DNA from: Acidimicrobiaceae bacterium
Lineage (GTDB): Bacteria > Actinomycetota > Acidimicrobiia > Acidimicrobiales > UBA8592
Assembly: GCA_002712325.1 (NCBI GenBank)
Contig: PATH01000001.1
Coordinates: 13,191-73,706, forward strand
Length of the DNA stretch: 60,516 nucleotides
Reading direction: 5' to 3'
Position 1 is the stretch's first letter, and every line of letters begins with the position of its first letter. The position numbers and the translations under genes are program-made. Under the pieces are notes generated by a model. The model was not told where the DNA came from and searched no databases. It saw nothing but the letters and a program-made list of their open reading frames with translations. Positions 48,835 through 59,113 of the stretch are shown here, in pieces.

Positions 48835-51096
48835 TCATGTTTTCGCCTTTTGGAGTGATTGGCCTTTTTTATTTCCAGGCAAAATTCGATAGGCGTCGTA
48901 CACTCCATCGACTTGTCGTATCAGGCTTATCAACCAGTCCAGATGACGACCATCACCTAATTCAAATTCGAAATTCATTACGCTGATTCTGTCTGTTCCG
49001 GTGCGGGTGGAACTTGAGATGATATTAACTCTTGCATCAGAGAGGACTGTGGAAACATCTCCAAGAAGCCTTGTGCGATCAAATGCCTTTACTTCTATTG
49101 AAGCTGCAAAAGTACCTCCTCGTTTGTCATCCCATTCAACATCAATTAAACGGTTGGCATGGCCGGAAGCCAAAGCCACGCCATTGGCACAATCACTTCG
49201 ATGGATAGAAACTCCTCTTCCTCGCGTAACGAAACCCATAATTTCATCCGGCGGGACAGGCGTGCAACATTTAGCGAGCCTTATCATTACATCGTCAACG
49301 CCTTCAACAACGACTCCTACTTCGTTATCTCGTTTTCTTTTTGCCTTCCCCACTTTTCGATCTCGGTGGCTTGGCAGTGGCGCAGGAATCACTTGTGACG
49401 ATCCGGACTTTTTGAGGATTTCAAGAAAACGTCCAGCCACGCTCTTTGGGTTTAAATTCTGTTCACCGATAGCGGCATAGAGCGCTTCTGAATCCGCATA
49501 ATTTAGTGTTTCGCACACTTCTTCCAAGGTCTCACTCTTCAGAAGTTTGAATGTAGGTAGACCCTCTTTGCGAAGAGACTCAGCGAGTGCTTCGCGTCCA
49601 GCATCAATAGCGTCTTCTCGCCTTTCGCGAGTGAACCATTGACGGATTTTTGATCCTGCCCTATGTGTCTTCGCAAATCTTAACCAATCTTGAGATGGCC
49701 CGGCGTCTTGAGCATTACTGGTTAGGATTTCCACAGTATCACCTGATTGAAGAACCGTATCGAGAGGCACAAGTCGCTTATTTATCCGGGCGCCTCTGCA
49801 GGCATGGCCTACCTCTGTGTGTATTGTGTAAGCGAAGTCAACAGGAGTTGATTTGGATTCAAGGGTTACGACTTCACCTTTAGGTGTAAAAACAAAGACT
49901 TCATCTTGGTCTAAATCCATCTTTAGGTTAGTCATGAATTCAAGTGGGTCCTCAGTTTCTTCTTGCCAATCAACAATTCGTGAGAACCACATGTATTCAT
50001 TTTCATCAACTTTTTCTTTGTAACTAAAGTGCGCTGCTGCACCATGTTCAGCTCTGTGATGCATATCACGTGTTCTTATTTGAACTTCGAGTGGTTTGCC
50101 TTGCGGACCTATCACAGTGGTGTGGAGAGATTGGTAAAGATTGAATTTGGGCATTGCTATGTAATCTTTGAATCTTCCTTGAACGGGATGCCAAGTGGCG
50201 TGGATTGAACCAAGTGCGCCATAGCAATCTTTCACCGATTCAACTATTACCCTGATTCCCATGAGGTCGTAGATTTCATCAAACTCCCTGCCTTTTATTA
50301 CCATCTTTTCGTAGATACTCCAGAAATGTTTGGGCCTACCATGCACTTCTGCTCCTACCATCAATTCATCAAGTCGGGACTTAACATCTGCCAAGATCTG
50401 AGCAAGATAGAGATCTCTCTCTGGCGCCCGGTCAGCTATCATTTGGTCAATTTGAGCGTACCATTTGGGATGTAGCGCAGCGAAGGAAAGGTCTTCTAAT
50501 TCATTTTTTAGCCCTTGCATACCTAACCTATGAGCAAGTGGGGCATAGATATCCAGGGTTTCAGTTGCTATTCGTTGTTGTTTCCATTTAGGCAACGACG
50601 CAATTGTTCGCATGTTGTGTAGACGATCGGCGAGCTTGATTAGAAGCACTCTAATATCTTTTGCAACTGCCACTAACATTTTTCTCATTGAGGCAGCTTG
50701 CTGAGCTTCTTTCGTTTCAAATTTTATTCGCTCTAACTTAGTTACGCCATCAACGATAGAAGCCACTTCCGCTCCGAAAACGTCTTCGATTCGTTCAAAG
50801 GCCTCCTCTGTGTCCTCAAGAGTATCGTGAAGCAAAGCAGCTACGATCGTTGATTCATCAAGCCCTAGTGAAGCTACTATCTCTGCCACTGCCACTGGGT
50901 GCGTGATATATGCGTCCCCGGATCTACGAATTTGACCATCATGCGCCTGATGAGCTTCTTGGTAGGCTCTTTTAATTTGACCTGTTCCTTTATTGGCATG
51001 GTGCCTTGAGAACATTTCCAACACCTGATTTAGTTCAGCTGCTGGATCCTCTTCAATGCGATTCCACAAGCTAACCTTTGTTGTAATCAAGCTCAT
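48835..51096 (-). CDS. rel: Bifunctional (p)ppGpp synthetase/hydrolase Rel
   Basis: HD hydrolase (YITHP, LLHDTLED), KLADRLHNMRT, YQSLHTTV, EVQIRT, TGS, CC (AKCCTPVP) and ACT domains. Confidence 0.98.
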   Translation of the reverse strand: MSLITTKVSLWNRIEEDPAAELNQVLEMFSRHHANKGTGQIKRAYQEAHQAHDGQIRRSGDAYITHPVAVAEIVASLGLDESTIVAALLHDTLEDTEEAFERIEDVFGAEVASIVDGVTKLERIKFETKEAQQAASMRKMLVAVAKDIRVLLIKLADRLHNMRTIASLPKWKQQRIATETLDIYAPLAHRLGMQGLKNELEDLSFAALHPKWYAQIDQMIADRAPERDLYLAQILADVKSRLDELMVGAEVHGRPKHFWSIYEKMVIKGREFDEIYDLMGIRVIVESVKDCYGALGSIHATWHPVQGRFKDYIAMPKFNLYQSLHTTVIGPQGKPLEVQIRTRDMHHRAEHGAAAHFSYKEKVDENEYMWFSRIVDWQEETEDPLEFMTNLKMDLDQDEVFVFTPKGEVVTLESKSTPVDFAYTIHTEVGHACRGARINKRLVPLDTVLQSGDTVEILTSNAQDAGPSQDWLRFAKTHRAGSKIRQWFTRERREDAIDAGREALAESLRKEGLPTFKLLKSETLEEVCETLNYADSEALYAAIGEQNLNPKSVAGRFLEILKKSGSSQVIPAPLPSHRDRKVGKAKRKRDNEVGVVVEGVDDVMIRLAKCCTPVPPDEIMGFVTRGRGVSIHRSDCANGVALASGHANRLIDVEWDDKRGGTFAASIEVKAFDRTRLLGDVSTVLSDARVNIISSSTRTGTDRISVMNFEFELGDGRHLDWLISLIRQVDGVYDAYRILPGNKKGQSLQKAKT

Positions 51097-51122
51097 ATAT
51101 ATAAGCCTATCTTAGGCAAGCA

Positions 51123-51653
51123 CTAGTCGTAAGTCAGAAGTGTATGTTGCTTATAATTCGCTATTTCTTTTCTTCCGTTAAGGAACTCAAGCGATGCTAG
51201 AAATACAAATCCAATGACTTTCGAGCCTATGCGTTCAACTAGTTTTGCAGCTGATTTCGCAGTTCCACCGGTTGCGAGAATATCATCAACAATCAGCACA
51301 TTCGATCCCTTGGGCACCGCTTCGCGTTGTATTTCTAACGATGATTCGCCGTACTCTAGAACATAGTTCTGAGTTATTGTTTCCCCCGGAAGTTTCCCAG
51401 GCTTTCGAATAGGGATGAAGCCCAAATTAAGGAAATTCGCTAAGGCTGATCCAAGGATGAATCCTCGAGCCTCTATACCCGCTATATAGTCTATCTCTTC
51501 GGCCGCAACGGGTTGCGCCATTAGCGATACCGCCGTTGCGAAGGCAGTGGCATCTCTCAATAATGGCGATACGTCTTTGAAGTTGATTCCTTTACGGGGA
51601 AAGTCTGGAACGTTTTGAATGAGTCTTTTCAAATTTGTTTCGGATGCTGGCAT
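51123..51653 (-). CDS. apt: Adenine phosphoribosyltransferase
   Basis: PDFPRKGINFKD, GIEARGF, RKPGKLPG, VDDILATGGT. Confidence 0.97.
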   Translation of the reverse strand: MPASETNLKRLIQNVPDFPRKGINFKDVSPLLRDATAFATAVSLMAQPVAAEEIDYIAGIEARGFILGSALANFLNLGFIPIRKPGKLPGETITQNYVLEYGESSLEIQREAVPKGSNVLIVDDILATGGTAKSAAKLVERIGSKVIGFVFLASLEFLNGRKEIANYKQHTLLTYD

Positions 51654-51658
51654 CTCAG

Positions 51659-52729
51659 TTATTTGCGTTTTTTCCTTGGCCTTGGAGGAATCGCTGGGTT
51701 TGATGGTATTTTCACGGCAACCTGTGCGCTTTTCGACCTTTTCTTTACTGCTTCACTTAGTCGATACGATCTGTTGCTGTCTGAGTCCGCGTCACCAAAT
51801 CTATTTCGCAGGACCGTTGCTGTAGGCGCGGCTACGAAAAGAGAGGAGAAGGTTCCAATAACTAGACCTATAAGTAATGCCAAGGCAAATTCCCTCAGAG
51901 TTACCGCTCCCATGATGCCAGACCCGACAACCAAAACCGAAACAACTGGGAGAATAGATGTGATACTGGTATTGACAGACCTCATAAAAACCTGATTCAG
52001 CGCTTTTTCCACTATCGATGTGTAGGAGAGTTTTGAATTCGTGAGCAGGTGCTCGTTATCTCTGACTTTGTCAAATACAACTAAAGTATCGTAAAGCGAA
52101 TAACCCATAATCGTTAGAAACGCGATAACGGTCGGTGGGGTTACTTCAAACTGGAAAAGTGCGTATAAGCCAACAGTTATTAAAATATCGTGTGCGACTG
52201 CGAGTAAGGCCCCTACTGCCATTTCCCACCGGAGTCGAATCGTTATATAAAGAGCAATAACAATAAAGAAAACAATCAGCGCATTGATAGCTTTATCTGT
52301 TATTTCTTCACCCCATGATGGCCCAGCCGTTGAGACACTGATAGCGGATTCGTCCTGACCAGTTATCTCCGCAAGAGCAGTTGTGACTTGTGCGACTATA
52401 GGGTCGCCACTTTCACCCTCTTGAAGAGACGTTTGTGCGACCTTAGAGAGCTCGGTTCGCACACGAAGAACACCACCACCTGTTTGGATTCGTGCATCTG
52501 CGATACCTAATGGCCGCAATACATCTCGCACCTGCTCTGCTTCAATTCCAGAAGCTGACACTTCCCATGCTCCGCCACCTTCAAATTCTAGACCTAAGTT
52601 CAATCCTCTAAAACCAAGACTACATATTGAAATTACCAGTACTAGGAGAGAACAAAGTCCAATAGGTTTCCAGAGTTTCGCAAAGGGTACCGACGTTTCA
52701 TTTCTATACATTCTTCCGAGCAAGCTCAT
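51659..52729 (-). CDS. secF: Protein translocase subunit SecF
   Basis: LGLEFEGG, GPSWG, HD, GYSLYDTLVVFDKVR, RSVNTS. Start trimmed to 52729 (ATGA overlap with secD). Confidence 0.96.
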   Translation of the reverse strand: MSLLGRMYRNETSVPFAKLWKPIGLCSLLVLVISICSLGFRGLNLGLEFEGGGAWEVSASGIEAEQVRDVLRPLGIADARIQTGGGVLRVRTELSKVAQTSLQEGESGDPIVAQVTTALAEITGQDESAISVSTAGPSWGEEITDKAINALIVFFIVIALYITIRLRWEMAVGALLAVAHDILITVGLYALFQFEVTPPTVIAFLTIMGYSLYDTLVVFDKVRDNEHLLTNSKLSYTSIVEKALNQVFMRSVNTSITSILPVVSVLVVGSGIMGAVTLREFALALLIGLVIGTFSSLFVAAPTATVLRNRFGDADSDSNRSYRLSEAVKKRSKSAQVAVKIPSNPAIPPRPRKKRK

Positions 52730-54327
52730 GATTCCTCTCCAACAGAACTCGGCAGGCCACTTAACCAAGGTCGATCTTGTATTGCTTTCTGTATTCCCAT
52801 TAGTTTCACAACTGGTCTAAGGAAGAAGTACGTGGCAACAAGGTCAAGTATTGATGCAAGGCCAAGCATCAAAGCAAATCCTCTTACAGAGCCTACTGTT
52901 AGAAAGTAAAGAATGGCAGCTCCTATTATAGAAGCAAGGTTTGCCCAAAAAATTGTTTTGAAGGCTATTGGGAATGATTGATCAACTGCGGAGCGCAGTG
53001 TCCTTCCGTTCCTTATATCCTCTTTTAAATGCTCGAAGTAGACAACGTTTGAATCCAAAGAAGTACCTATGGAGACGATCAATCCAACCACTCCGGCCAG
53101 CGTTAGTGCCAAGCTTCGTGTTTCTGAAAGCCACGAGAGAATTACCCACAACATTGTTCCAGAGACTGCCAAAGAAAGCATCGCTGCCAACCCTAATAGC
53201 TTGTAGTAGGAAATCATGTATAAGGCGACTAGCGCAAGTCCGACCAACCCTGCGGTGACACCGGCATCCAAAGAATCTTGACCGAGTGTTGCAGAGACCA
53301 AACGAACCCTACTGCCACTTGTTGGGTCAGTTGGATCCCCGAATTCCAATGGAAGTGAACCATATTTGAGCACTAAAGCAGTATCTTCTGCTCGACTCTG
53401 GTCGAAATTACCGCTTATGACAATTTGGTCTCTTTCAAAGAAAGGGGTATTTACAGTGGGCGCTGATTCAATAACCCCATCAAGAACAATCGCTAATTGT
53501 CCCGTTTGACATCTTGACGTTCGGTTGTAGCACGCGTTAGCAGCCACATTGAATAAGTCGATTCCCTCTGCTCCGGAACGAAAGACAGGAAGGACTTGCC
53601 ACTCAAATCCACCCGCAAAGCTGGCATCCGCTGTTTCAAGAGAAGCCCCGGTAAGCATGGTTCTTCCTAAAAGTAACCGTTGATAAGGGGTTCCCTCGGA
53701 GTCAAGCAGAGGGAAAATGACTGGGTCCTCTGCTTCGGCATCATCTGATTCTGTGTTTTCCATACCCAGAGCATCTTCAGGAACAAACCCTAGATTTTCG
53801 CATCCGATACCATCTGGAGTTGAACCCATTGTTTGAGAATCAGTATCTTCCGGGCCCTCTGTCGGGAGTTCGTCTTGGTCTGTTGGGAGAATTCCAACAG
53901 GACCTTCGTTTACTTCATCAGAGCTTTGATTATTTGCTTGGTCCAATTTTATTGGCACAGCAGGAAGTATCGCGCAAACAGGCCTAAAGCGTAACTCTGC
54001 TGTCTGACCAACAACTTCTAGAGCTCGCCTTTGATCTTCTACCCCTGGGAGTTGAACTACGATTCTATTACCTTGACGTGTTATATCCGGCTCTGCGACG
54101 CCTAGCCCGTCAACTCGATTACGGATTATCTCAACTGACTTGTCGAGAGCTTCATCAAGCGCATCGCCACTGAGTTCGGTGTCTTCAACAGGTTCAAGAA
54201 CAACCTCTGCGCCACCTTCAAGGTCCAATCCCAACAGAACGCTATTACCGGCGGCTTCTGACCATCCAAATAGCCCACCGACAATAATAAGAATTGATAA
54301 AAGGGGGAGAAGAACTTGTCTTTTCAT
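52726..54327 (-). CDS. secD: Protein translocase subunit SecD
   Basis: LGLDLEGG, IRNRVDGLGVAEP, LAIVLDG, LKYGSLP, DSNVVYFE. Confidence 0.96.
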   Translation of the reverse strand: MKRQVLLPLLSILIIVGGLFGWSEAAGNSVLLGLDLEGGAEVVLEPVEDTELSGDALDEALDKSVEIIRNRVDGLGVAEPDITRQGNRIVVQLPGVEDQRRALEVVGQTAELRFRPVCAILPAVPIKLDQANNQSSDEVNEGPVGILPTDQDELPTEGPEDTDSQTMGSTPDGIGCENLGFVPEDALGMENTESDDAEAEDPVIFPLLDSEGTPYQRLLLGRTMLTGASLETADASFAGGFEWQVLPVFRSGAEGIDLFNVAANACYNRTSRCQTGQLAIVLDGVIESAPTVNTPFFERDQIVISGNFDQSRAEDTALVLKYGSLPLEFGDPTDPTSGSRVRLVSATLGQDSLDAGVTAGLVGLALVALYMISYYKLLGLAAMLSLAVSGTMLWVILSWLSETRSLALTLAGVVGLIVSIGTSLDSNVVYFEHLKEDIRNGRTLRSAVDQSFPIAFKTIFWANLASIIGAAILYFLTVGSVRGFALMLGLASILDLVATYFFLRPVVKLMGIQKAIQDRPWLSGLPSSVGEES

Positions 54328-54354
54328 CTCTTGTCCTGACCCCCCAATGAAGAA

Positions 54355-54624
54355 CTAGTTTAGTTCCGAGTCGTTATCGTATGAGATCATTCTCGCAACA
54401 TTGCTTTTTGCGACTTTAATTTCTACGCCGTCGGCGATCATAATAAATACAGTCGCCCCGTCAAGATCACTTACCGTCCCGTAGATTCCTGACTCCAGTA
54501 TTACATCATCACCCACGTCAAGAGTTGAGAGCATTTGTTGTTGTTGCTTTCGCTGTTTTTGCTGTGGCCTCAGAATCATAAAGTACATGAGCAAAAGCAA
54601 TATAGGTAGGAAAAGTATTCCCAT
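54355..54624 (-). CDS. yajC: Preprotein translocase subunit YajC
   Basis: TM helix + MILRPQQKQRK, GDDV...GIYGTV; AGGAG SD before ATG at 54624. Confidence 0.94.
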   Translation of the reverse strand: MGILFLPILLLLMYFMILRPQQKQRKQQQQMLSTLDVGDDVILESGIYGTVSDLDGATVFIMIADGVEIKVAKSNVARMISYDNDSELN

Positions 54625-54785
54625 AGGTTTCAATCTCCTAGTCTTGTGGTTCAGTTCCAAATGCTACCGGATCATTAGAAGGATCCGATGACTTTGATGA
54701 TAATTTGGTGAATTGCAAGACAAAAGAAGAACCCTATAAGCCCATTCATAGGTTTGGCGCTGGTTAAAGCGAGGCGACCTAGCAA

Positions 54786-55901
54786 TCAGCCCCAAATTTG
54801 AAGTGTTTCGTTTCGGAAGTCAACAAAAGTCCCTTGAACAATGGACTCTCTTGCACGTCTCATGAAATCAATAATCCACGCAAGGTTATGAAGAGTAAGC
54901 AGCCTGCCGGCTACAGGTTCACCCACAGATAACAAATGCCGTATGTACCCGCGTGACCACCGATTTGCGGGACTTGCATAGAACTCGGGGTCAATGGCAT
55001 CATCACTCTTTGCATATCTCGCTGCCCCCAAATTAACGCGCCCTTGCATCGTTAGAGCTGTTCCATGTCTTGCTAATCTTGTTGGCCAAACGCAATCAAA
55101 CATGTCGACACCGCATGCAATTGCTTCTACCAGTCCTGCTGGGTCCCCTAAACCCATGAAATATCTTAGTTGTTGTTTGGGGAGACCCTCAGCGCTTATC
55201 TGCATAGGCTCAATCATTTCCTGCCTTGTTTCTCCGACTGACAGACCACCTATTGCATACCCGTCGAAACCGACCTCAACAATTTGTTCAGCTGAAATTC
55301 GTCGCAGTTCCCGGTCTAGTCCGCCTTGGACGATACCAAATTGGGCACGTTCGTTCTCGAAAGTCTTTTCATTTGATAAGAAGTGGCTCCGTCCTCTTAT
55401 CGCCCATTTATGCGTTCTCTCAACAGCAATTTCTAGAACTCTTTTCTCGGCGGGGATTGGTGGACAAACATCTAGAACCATTTGGATATCAGCACCTAAT
55501 GAACATTGTATGTCAACCGCTCTTTCTGGAGTCAATCTGTGCAGACTACCATCATAGGTAGATTTAAACTCGACACCGCCATCATCTACTTTAGGCTCCA
55601 ATGAGAAGACTTGGTAGCCACCTGAGTCTGTTAGGATAAGTCGTTTCCAGTCTGCAAACCCGTGAATTCCGCCAAATCCTTTAATGAGATCTTCTCCAGG
55701 TCTTAGCATCAAATGGTACGTGTTCCCGAGAATAATGTCTGCACCTATTTCTTCGAGGTCTTGAGACGTCACTGTTCTAACTGACCCTCTTGTTCCAACA
55801 GGCATGAAAGTTGGGGTCTTAAGGGCGTGCCTCTGCATTGATAGGATTCCAGCACGTGCACTGCCATCAGTCGCTATTACTTCAAAATCTGGTTTCACCA
55901 C
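54786..55901 (-). CDS. tgt: tRNA-guanine(34) transglycosylase (bacterial, preQ1-inserting type)
   Basis: TPTFMPVGT, NTYHL, TDSGGYQVFSL, GIVQGG, GGLSVGE, DMFDCV.PTR. Confidence 0.96.
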   Translation of the reverse strand: MVKPDFEVIATDGSARAGILSMQRHALKTPTFMPVGTRGSVRTVTSQDLEEIGADIILGNTYHLMLRPGEDLIKGFGGIHGFADWKRLILTDSGGYQVFSLEPKVDDGGVEFKSTYDGSLHRLTPERAVDIQCSLGADIQMVLDVCPPIPAEKRVLEIAVERTHKWAIRGRSHFLSNEKTFENERAQFGIVQGGLDRELRRISAEQIVEVGFDGYAIGGLSVGETRQEMIEPMQISAEGLPKQQLRYFMGLGDPAGLVEAIACGVDMFDCVWPTRLARHGTALTMQGRVNLGAARYAKSDDAIDPEFYASPANRWSRGYIRHLLSVGEPVAGRLLTLHNLAWIIDFMRRARESIVQGTFVDFRNETLQIWG

Positions 55902-55936
55902 TTAGTCTTCAACCTCATGCATCTCATTTATAGTAG

Positions 55937-56929
55937 TTACTCGTCGCGTTCAATAAACATAGCGTCACCAAATGAAAGAAACCTATATCCTTCTTTCAGT
56001 GCCAAATGATAGAGGTTTCTCCAACTCTTTCCCATAAATGCCTCAATCATTACCAATAAGCTTGATTTAGGGAGATGGAAGTTGGTCAAGAGAGAGTCAA
56101 CGACTCTGAATTGAAACCCTGGCTTAATATAAAGCTCCGTTCTCCCCTGAAGATGCCCGGTAGATGCAACAGATTCTAGGGTTCGCACTACGGTTGTTCC
56201 TACAGCGATGACCCTCTTCGCTTTCTGGATAGTTTCCCAGACGTCAGCATCTACGGAGTATCTCTCGGAATGCATTATGTGCTCATCAATGGAATCAGTT
56301 GCGATAGGTTGAAACGTGCCAATACCCACACTTAAATTAATAGTCACCACTGATGCCCCTGCTGTTAAGCATCTGTCAATGATCTCTTCGGTTATATGCA
56401 GACCAGCTGTGGGCGCAGCAACAGAATCTTCATTTTCTGCGTAAATGGTTTGATATCGATTGTGATCTATTTCTTTATTCTCTATGTAGGGAGGTAATGG
56501 GATCTCGCCATATAGATTGAAGATTTCTCTCATTTCGGCTTGGATAGGTGAAATATATCTTGTCCCCTTATCAGTAGCTTCCTCGACACGTATAACTTTT
56601 TTTCCAGATTGATCAATGAGTTCTTCCCCAACTTTAATCTTTCTACTCGGACGGACGAGAGCTTCCCATTTCCCATGGTCAACCTCTTCAAGAGCCAGAA
56701 CTTCTACAGCTCCGCCTGTGACTCTTTGTAGGCTTAACCTTGCCGACATAACCCGAGTTTCATTGAGCACGACTACATCTCCGGTTCTTAAAAGATTCGG
56801 AAAATCTTTTGTATGCTTATGCTCGACAACTTGGGTAGCGATTAAGAGCTTTGATTCATCTCTTTGGCTCAAAGGAAACTGAGCAATCGAGTTTTTTGGC
56901 AAGTCATAATCAAAATTTGAAATGTCCAA
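55937..56929 (-). CDS. queA: S-adenosylmethionine:tRNA ribosyltransferase-isomerase
   Basis: FDYDLP..IAQ.P, PLPPYI, YQTIYA, AAPTAGLH, TNFHLPKSSL, YRFLSFGDAM. Confidence 0.97.
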   Translation of the reverse strand: MDISNFDYDLPKNSIAQFPLSQRDESKLLIATQVVEHKHTKDFPNLLRTGDVVVLNETRVMSARLSLQRVTGGAVEVLALEEVDHGKWEALVRPSRKIKVGEELIDQSGKKVIRVEEATDKGTRYISPIQAEMREIFNLYGEIPLPPYIENKEIDHNRYQTIYAENEDSVAAPTAGLHITEEIIDRCLTAGASVVTINLSVGIGTFQPIATDSIDEHIMHSERYSVDADVWETIQKAKRVIAVGTTVVRTLESVASTGHLQGRTELYIKPGFQFRVVDSLLTNFHLPKSSLLVMIEAFMGKSWRNLYHLALKEGYRFLSFGDAMFIERDE

Positions 56930-56940
56930 GATTTGCTCTT

Positions 56941-58002
56941 CTATTCCTCAAGCTCCGAAAAAAGGTCAATAGATTTTGGAGGGTCTGTTTGCTTTCGGGG
57001 CTCTAAATTCAGATGTTGCCATGCCGCTTCAGTTGCCACTCGTCCCCTGGGAGTTCGCATTAGGAAACCTTGCTGAATAAGGAACGGCTCATACACATCC
57101 TCAACTGTTTCAGCGGGCTCAGAAACACTTATAGCAAGTGTAGAGAGCCCCACAGGCCCTCCACCGAATTGCTTGCATAGCGAATTCAATATAGAGCGAT
57201 CTACTTTATCTAAACCTCTACTATCAACCCCAAATACTTTGAGACCTTCGTTTGCTGTTGTCTGGTCTATGATTCCTTTTGCTTTCATTTCAGCATAATC
57301 ACGCACTCGACGTAACAACCTGTTTGCTATTCGCGGTGTTCCCCGAGCTCTTCTAGCTATCTCTGAGCTTCCGGCTTCATCAATTTGAATATCAATAATA
57401 CCCGCAGAACGAGTAACTATCTTCTCTAAATCCATTGCAGTGTAGTAGTCCAGTCTGGCAACAAGTCCAAATCGATCTCGTAGAGGCCCCGTTATTAAAC
57501 CTGTTCTGGTCGTGGCCGCTACTAAAGTAAATGGTGCAACTGCTAACCGTACTGATCTTGCAGCAGGGCCCTTTCCTAAAACAATGTCGAGTTGGAAGTC
57601 CTCCATCGCTGGGTATAAAACCTCCTCAACAGCTTTTGATAGACGATGAATCTCATCAATAAATAGAACATCACCTGGTTCAAGCTTGGTCAGAATCGCA
57701 GCTAGATCTCCCGCTCGTTCTAGCGCTGGACCTGATGTGCTGTGCATGGCCACGCCCATTTCGCCTGCGACAATATTGGCTAATGTTGTTTTCCCTAATC
57801 CAGGAGGTCCAGCGAACAATAGGTGATCTGAAGGCTTTCCTCTCATCTGAGCTGCCCCAAGAATGATTTCTAAATGTTCTTTTAGCTCGGCTTGACCAAC
57901 AAAATCCTCTAAAGAATCAGGACGAAGATCTTGCAAACTCATATCTACATGAGAATCGTTTTCTTCTTCTGATTCGTTTGGGGAAAGTAATTCGTCTCTC
58001 AT
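56941..58002 (-). CDS. ruvB: Holliday junction branch migration helicase RuvB
   Basis: [42 protein letters not shown]. Confidence 0.98.
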   Translation of the reverse strand: MRDELLSPNESEEENDSHVDMSLQDLRPDSLEDFVGQAELKEHLEIILGAAQMRGKPSDHLLFAGPPGLGKTTLANIVAGEMGVAMHSTSGPALERAGDLAAILTKLEPGDVLFIDEIHRLSKAVEEVLYPAMEDFQLDIVLGKGPAARSVRLAVAPFTLVAATTRTGLITGPLRDRFGLVARLDYYTAMDLEKIVTRSAGIIDIQIDEAGSSEIARRARGTPRIANRLLRRVRDYAEMKAKGIIDQTTANEGLKVFGVDSRGLDKVDRSILNSLCKQFGGGPVGLSTLAISVSEPAETVEDVYEPFLIQQGFLMRTPRGRVATEAAWQHLNLEPRKQTDPPKSIDLFSELEE

Positions 58003-58020
58003 AATCAATTTATCAGCTTG

Positions 58021-58626
58021 TCATTTAGAGTTTATTGCGAGTTTCTGCAAGGCTAACTTTATCAACTCTGAGGTTTCAGTTTCTGATGGCAGATCTTTTG
58101 TGACTGCATAAATTTCCTCTGCACCATATCCGAGCCCTGACAATGCGTCGCGCACATCTTTTATGTCACTGCTAATTGTACCGTTGCGTTTTGAGGGGAG
58201 ATTTGCAGAACTTAGAGAGAGTTTCTTAAATTTTGCATCTAAATCTATCAACAGCCTTGAGGCTGTTGTTTTACCCACTCCAGGAACCAAACACAACGCG
58301 TCGATATCTTGCGAATTGACAATATCTATCAATTGTTCGGGGTCATGTGTTGACAAAATCGCCAGCCCTAATGCAGGGCCTACTTTATGTGCCGAAATTA
58401 GTAACTCAAAAAGGCTGCACTCAAATCTGGTGGGAAACCCATATAGTGTTTGTTCATTCTCGCGAAAGTGGTGATGCACGAAGAACTGAGTCTCCGCCGG
58501 ACCGATGCAAGCAGTTTCGTATGTCGAAGTCGTAACCTGAAGTCGGTAGCCTACACCATTTACTTCAATAATCATTTCGTTGTCTTCTTTAACTGTGATC
58601 TCACCGCGAAGACTTCCTATCGTCAT
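58021..58626 (-). CDS. ruvA: Holliday junction DNA-binding protein RuvA
   Basis: IGSLRG, EVNGVGY, LYGF, VGPALGL, VPGVGKTTA, ALSGLGY. Start at ATG 58626 (ATGA overlap with ruvC). Confidence 0.96.
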   Translation of the reverse strand: MTIGSLRGEITVKEDNEMIIEVNGVGYRLQVTTSTYETACIGPAETQFFVHHHFRENEQTLYGFPTRFECSLFELLISAHKVGPALGLAILSTHDPEQLIDIVNSQDIDALCLVPGVGKTTASRLLIDLDAKFKKLSLSSANLPSKRNGTISSDIKDVRDALSGLGYGAEEIYAVTKDLPSETETSELIKLALQKLAINSK

Positions 58627-59105
58627 CGGGTCACCATAGAGCGATTTGCCGAGTAGCATAGCGCCACTGCCAATGCGTCAGCGGCATCAACCGGATCCAA
58701 CTTCTTTTCAATCTCTAGAAGTAATTGTACCATCGTCTGAATCTCAGCTTTTTGAGCGCCTCCGTATCCTGCCACTGCTAGTTTGACCTCCGTTGGTGAG
58801 TATTCAGCGATCTCGCAATTTGCGTCTAATGCTTCAACCATAATAACTCCGATTGCTTGGCTCACCGAAACGGCTGTTTTTACGTTGCGTTGAAATAAAA
58901 CTCTTTCAATTGCTACCACCTCTGGTCTATATTCAGAAATTAGTGCTCGGATTTCATTTCTTATTTCAAAGAGCCGAACAGATGTCTCCTCATCAGGCGA
59001 TGTTCGGATAACACCAGCTGCTACGGCTCTCTCTTTGGATTTTTCAATATTGATAAGACCGTAACCGCAACGCGATAGGCCCGGATCTATCCCTAAAACG
59101 AACAT
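58623..59105 (-). CDS. ruvC: Crossover junction endodeoxyribonuclease RuvC
   Basis: LGIDPGL..CGYG, AIERV, EVKLAVAGYG.A.K, DAADALAVA. Confidence 0.97.
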   Translation of the reverse strand: MFVLGIDPGLSRCGYGLINIEKSKERAVAAGVIRTSPDEETSVRLFEIRNEIRALISEYRPEVVAIERVLFQRNVKTAVSVSQAIGVIMVEALDANCEIAEYSPTEVKLAVAGYGGAQKAEIQTMVQLLLEIEKKLDPVDAADALAVALCYSANRSMVTR

Positions 59106-59113
59106 ATGTACGA
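59098..59113 (-). promoter_or_regulatory. LexA (SOS) box overlapping the ruvC start
   Basis: TCGTAC-ATAT-GTTCGT versus the actinobacterial consensus TCGAAC-N4-GTTCGA; overlaps the leaderless ruvC ATG and abuts the -10 TATCAT. Confidence 0.75.

Noticed and set aside
54625-54785. Possible preQ1 riboswitch or small RNA between tgt and yajC (CGGATC/GATCCG stem)
   Set aside because: It lies downstream of tgt, lacks preQ1 aptamer features, and has only a 6-bp stem; more simply the yajC-secDF promoter region.
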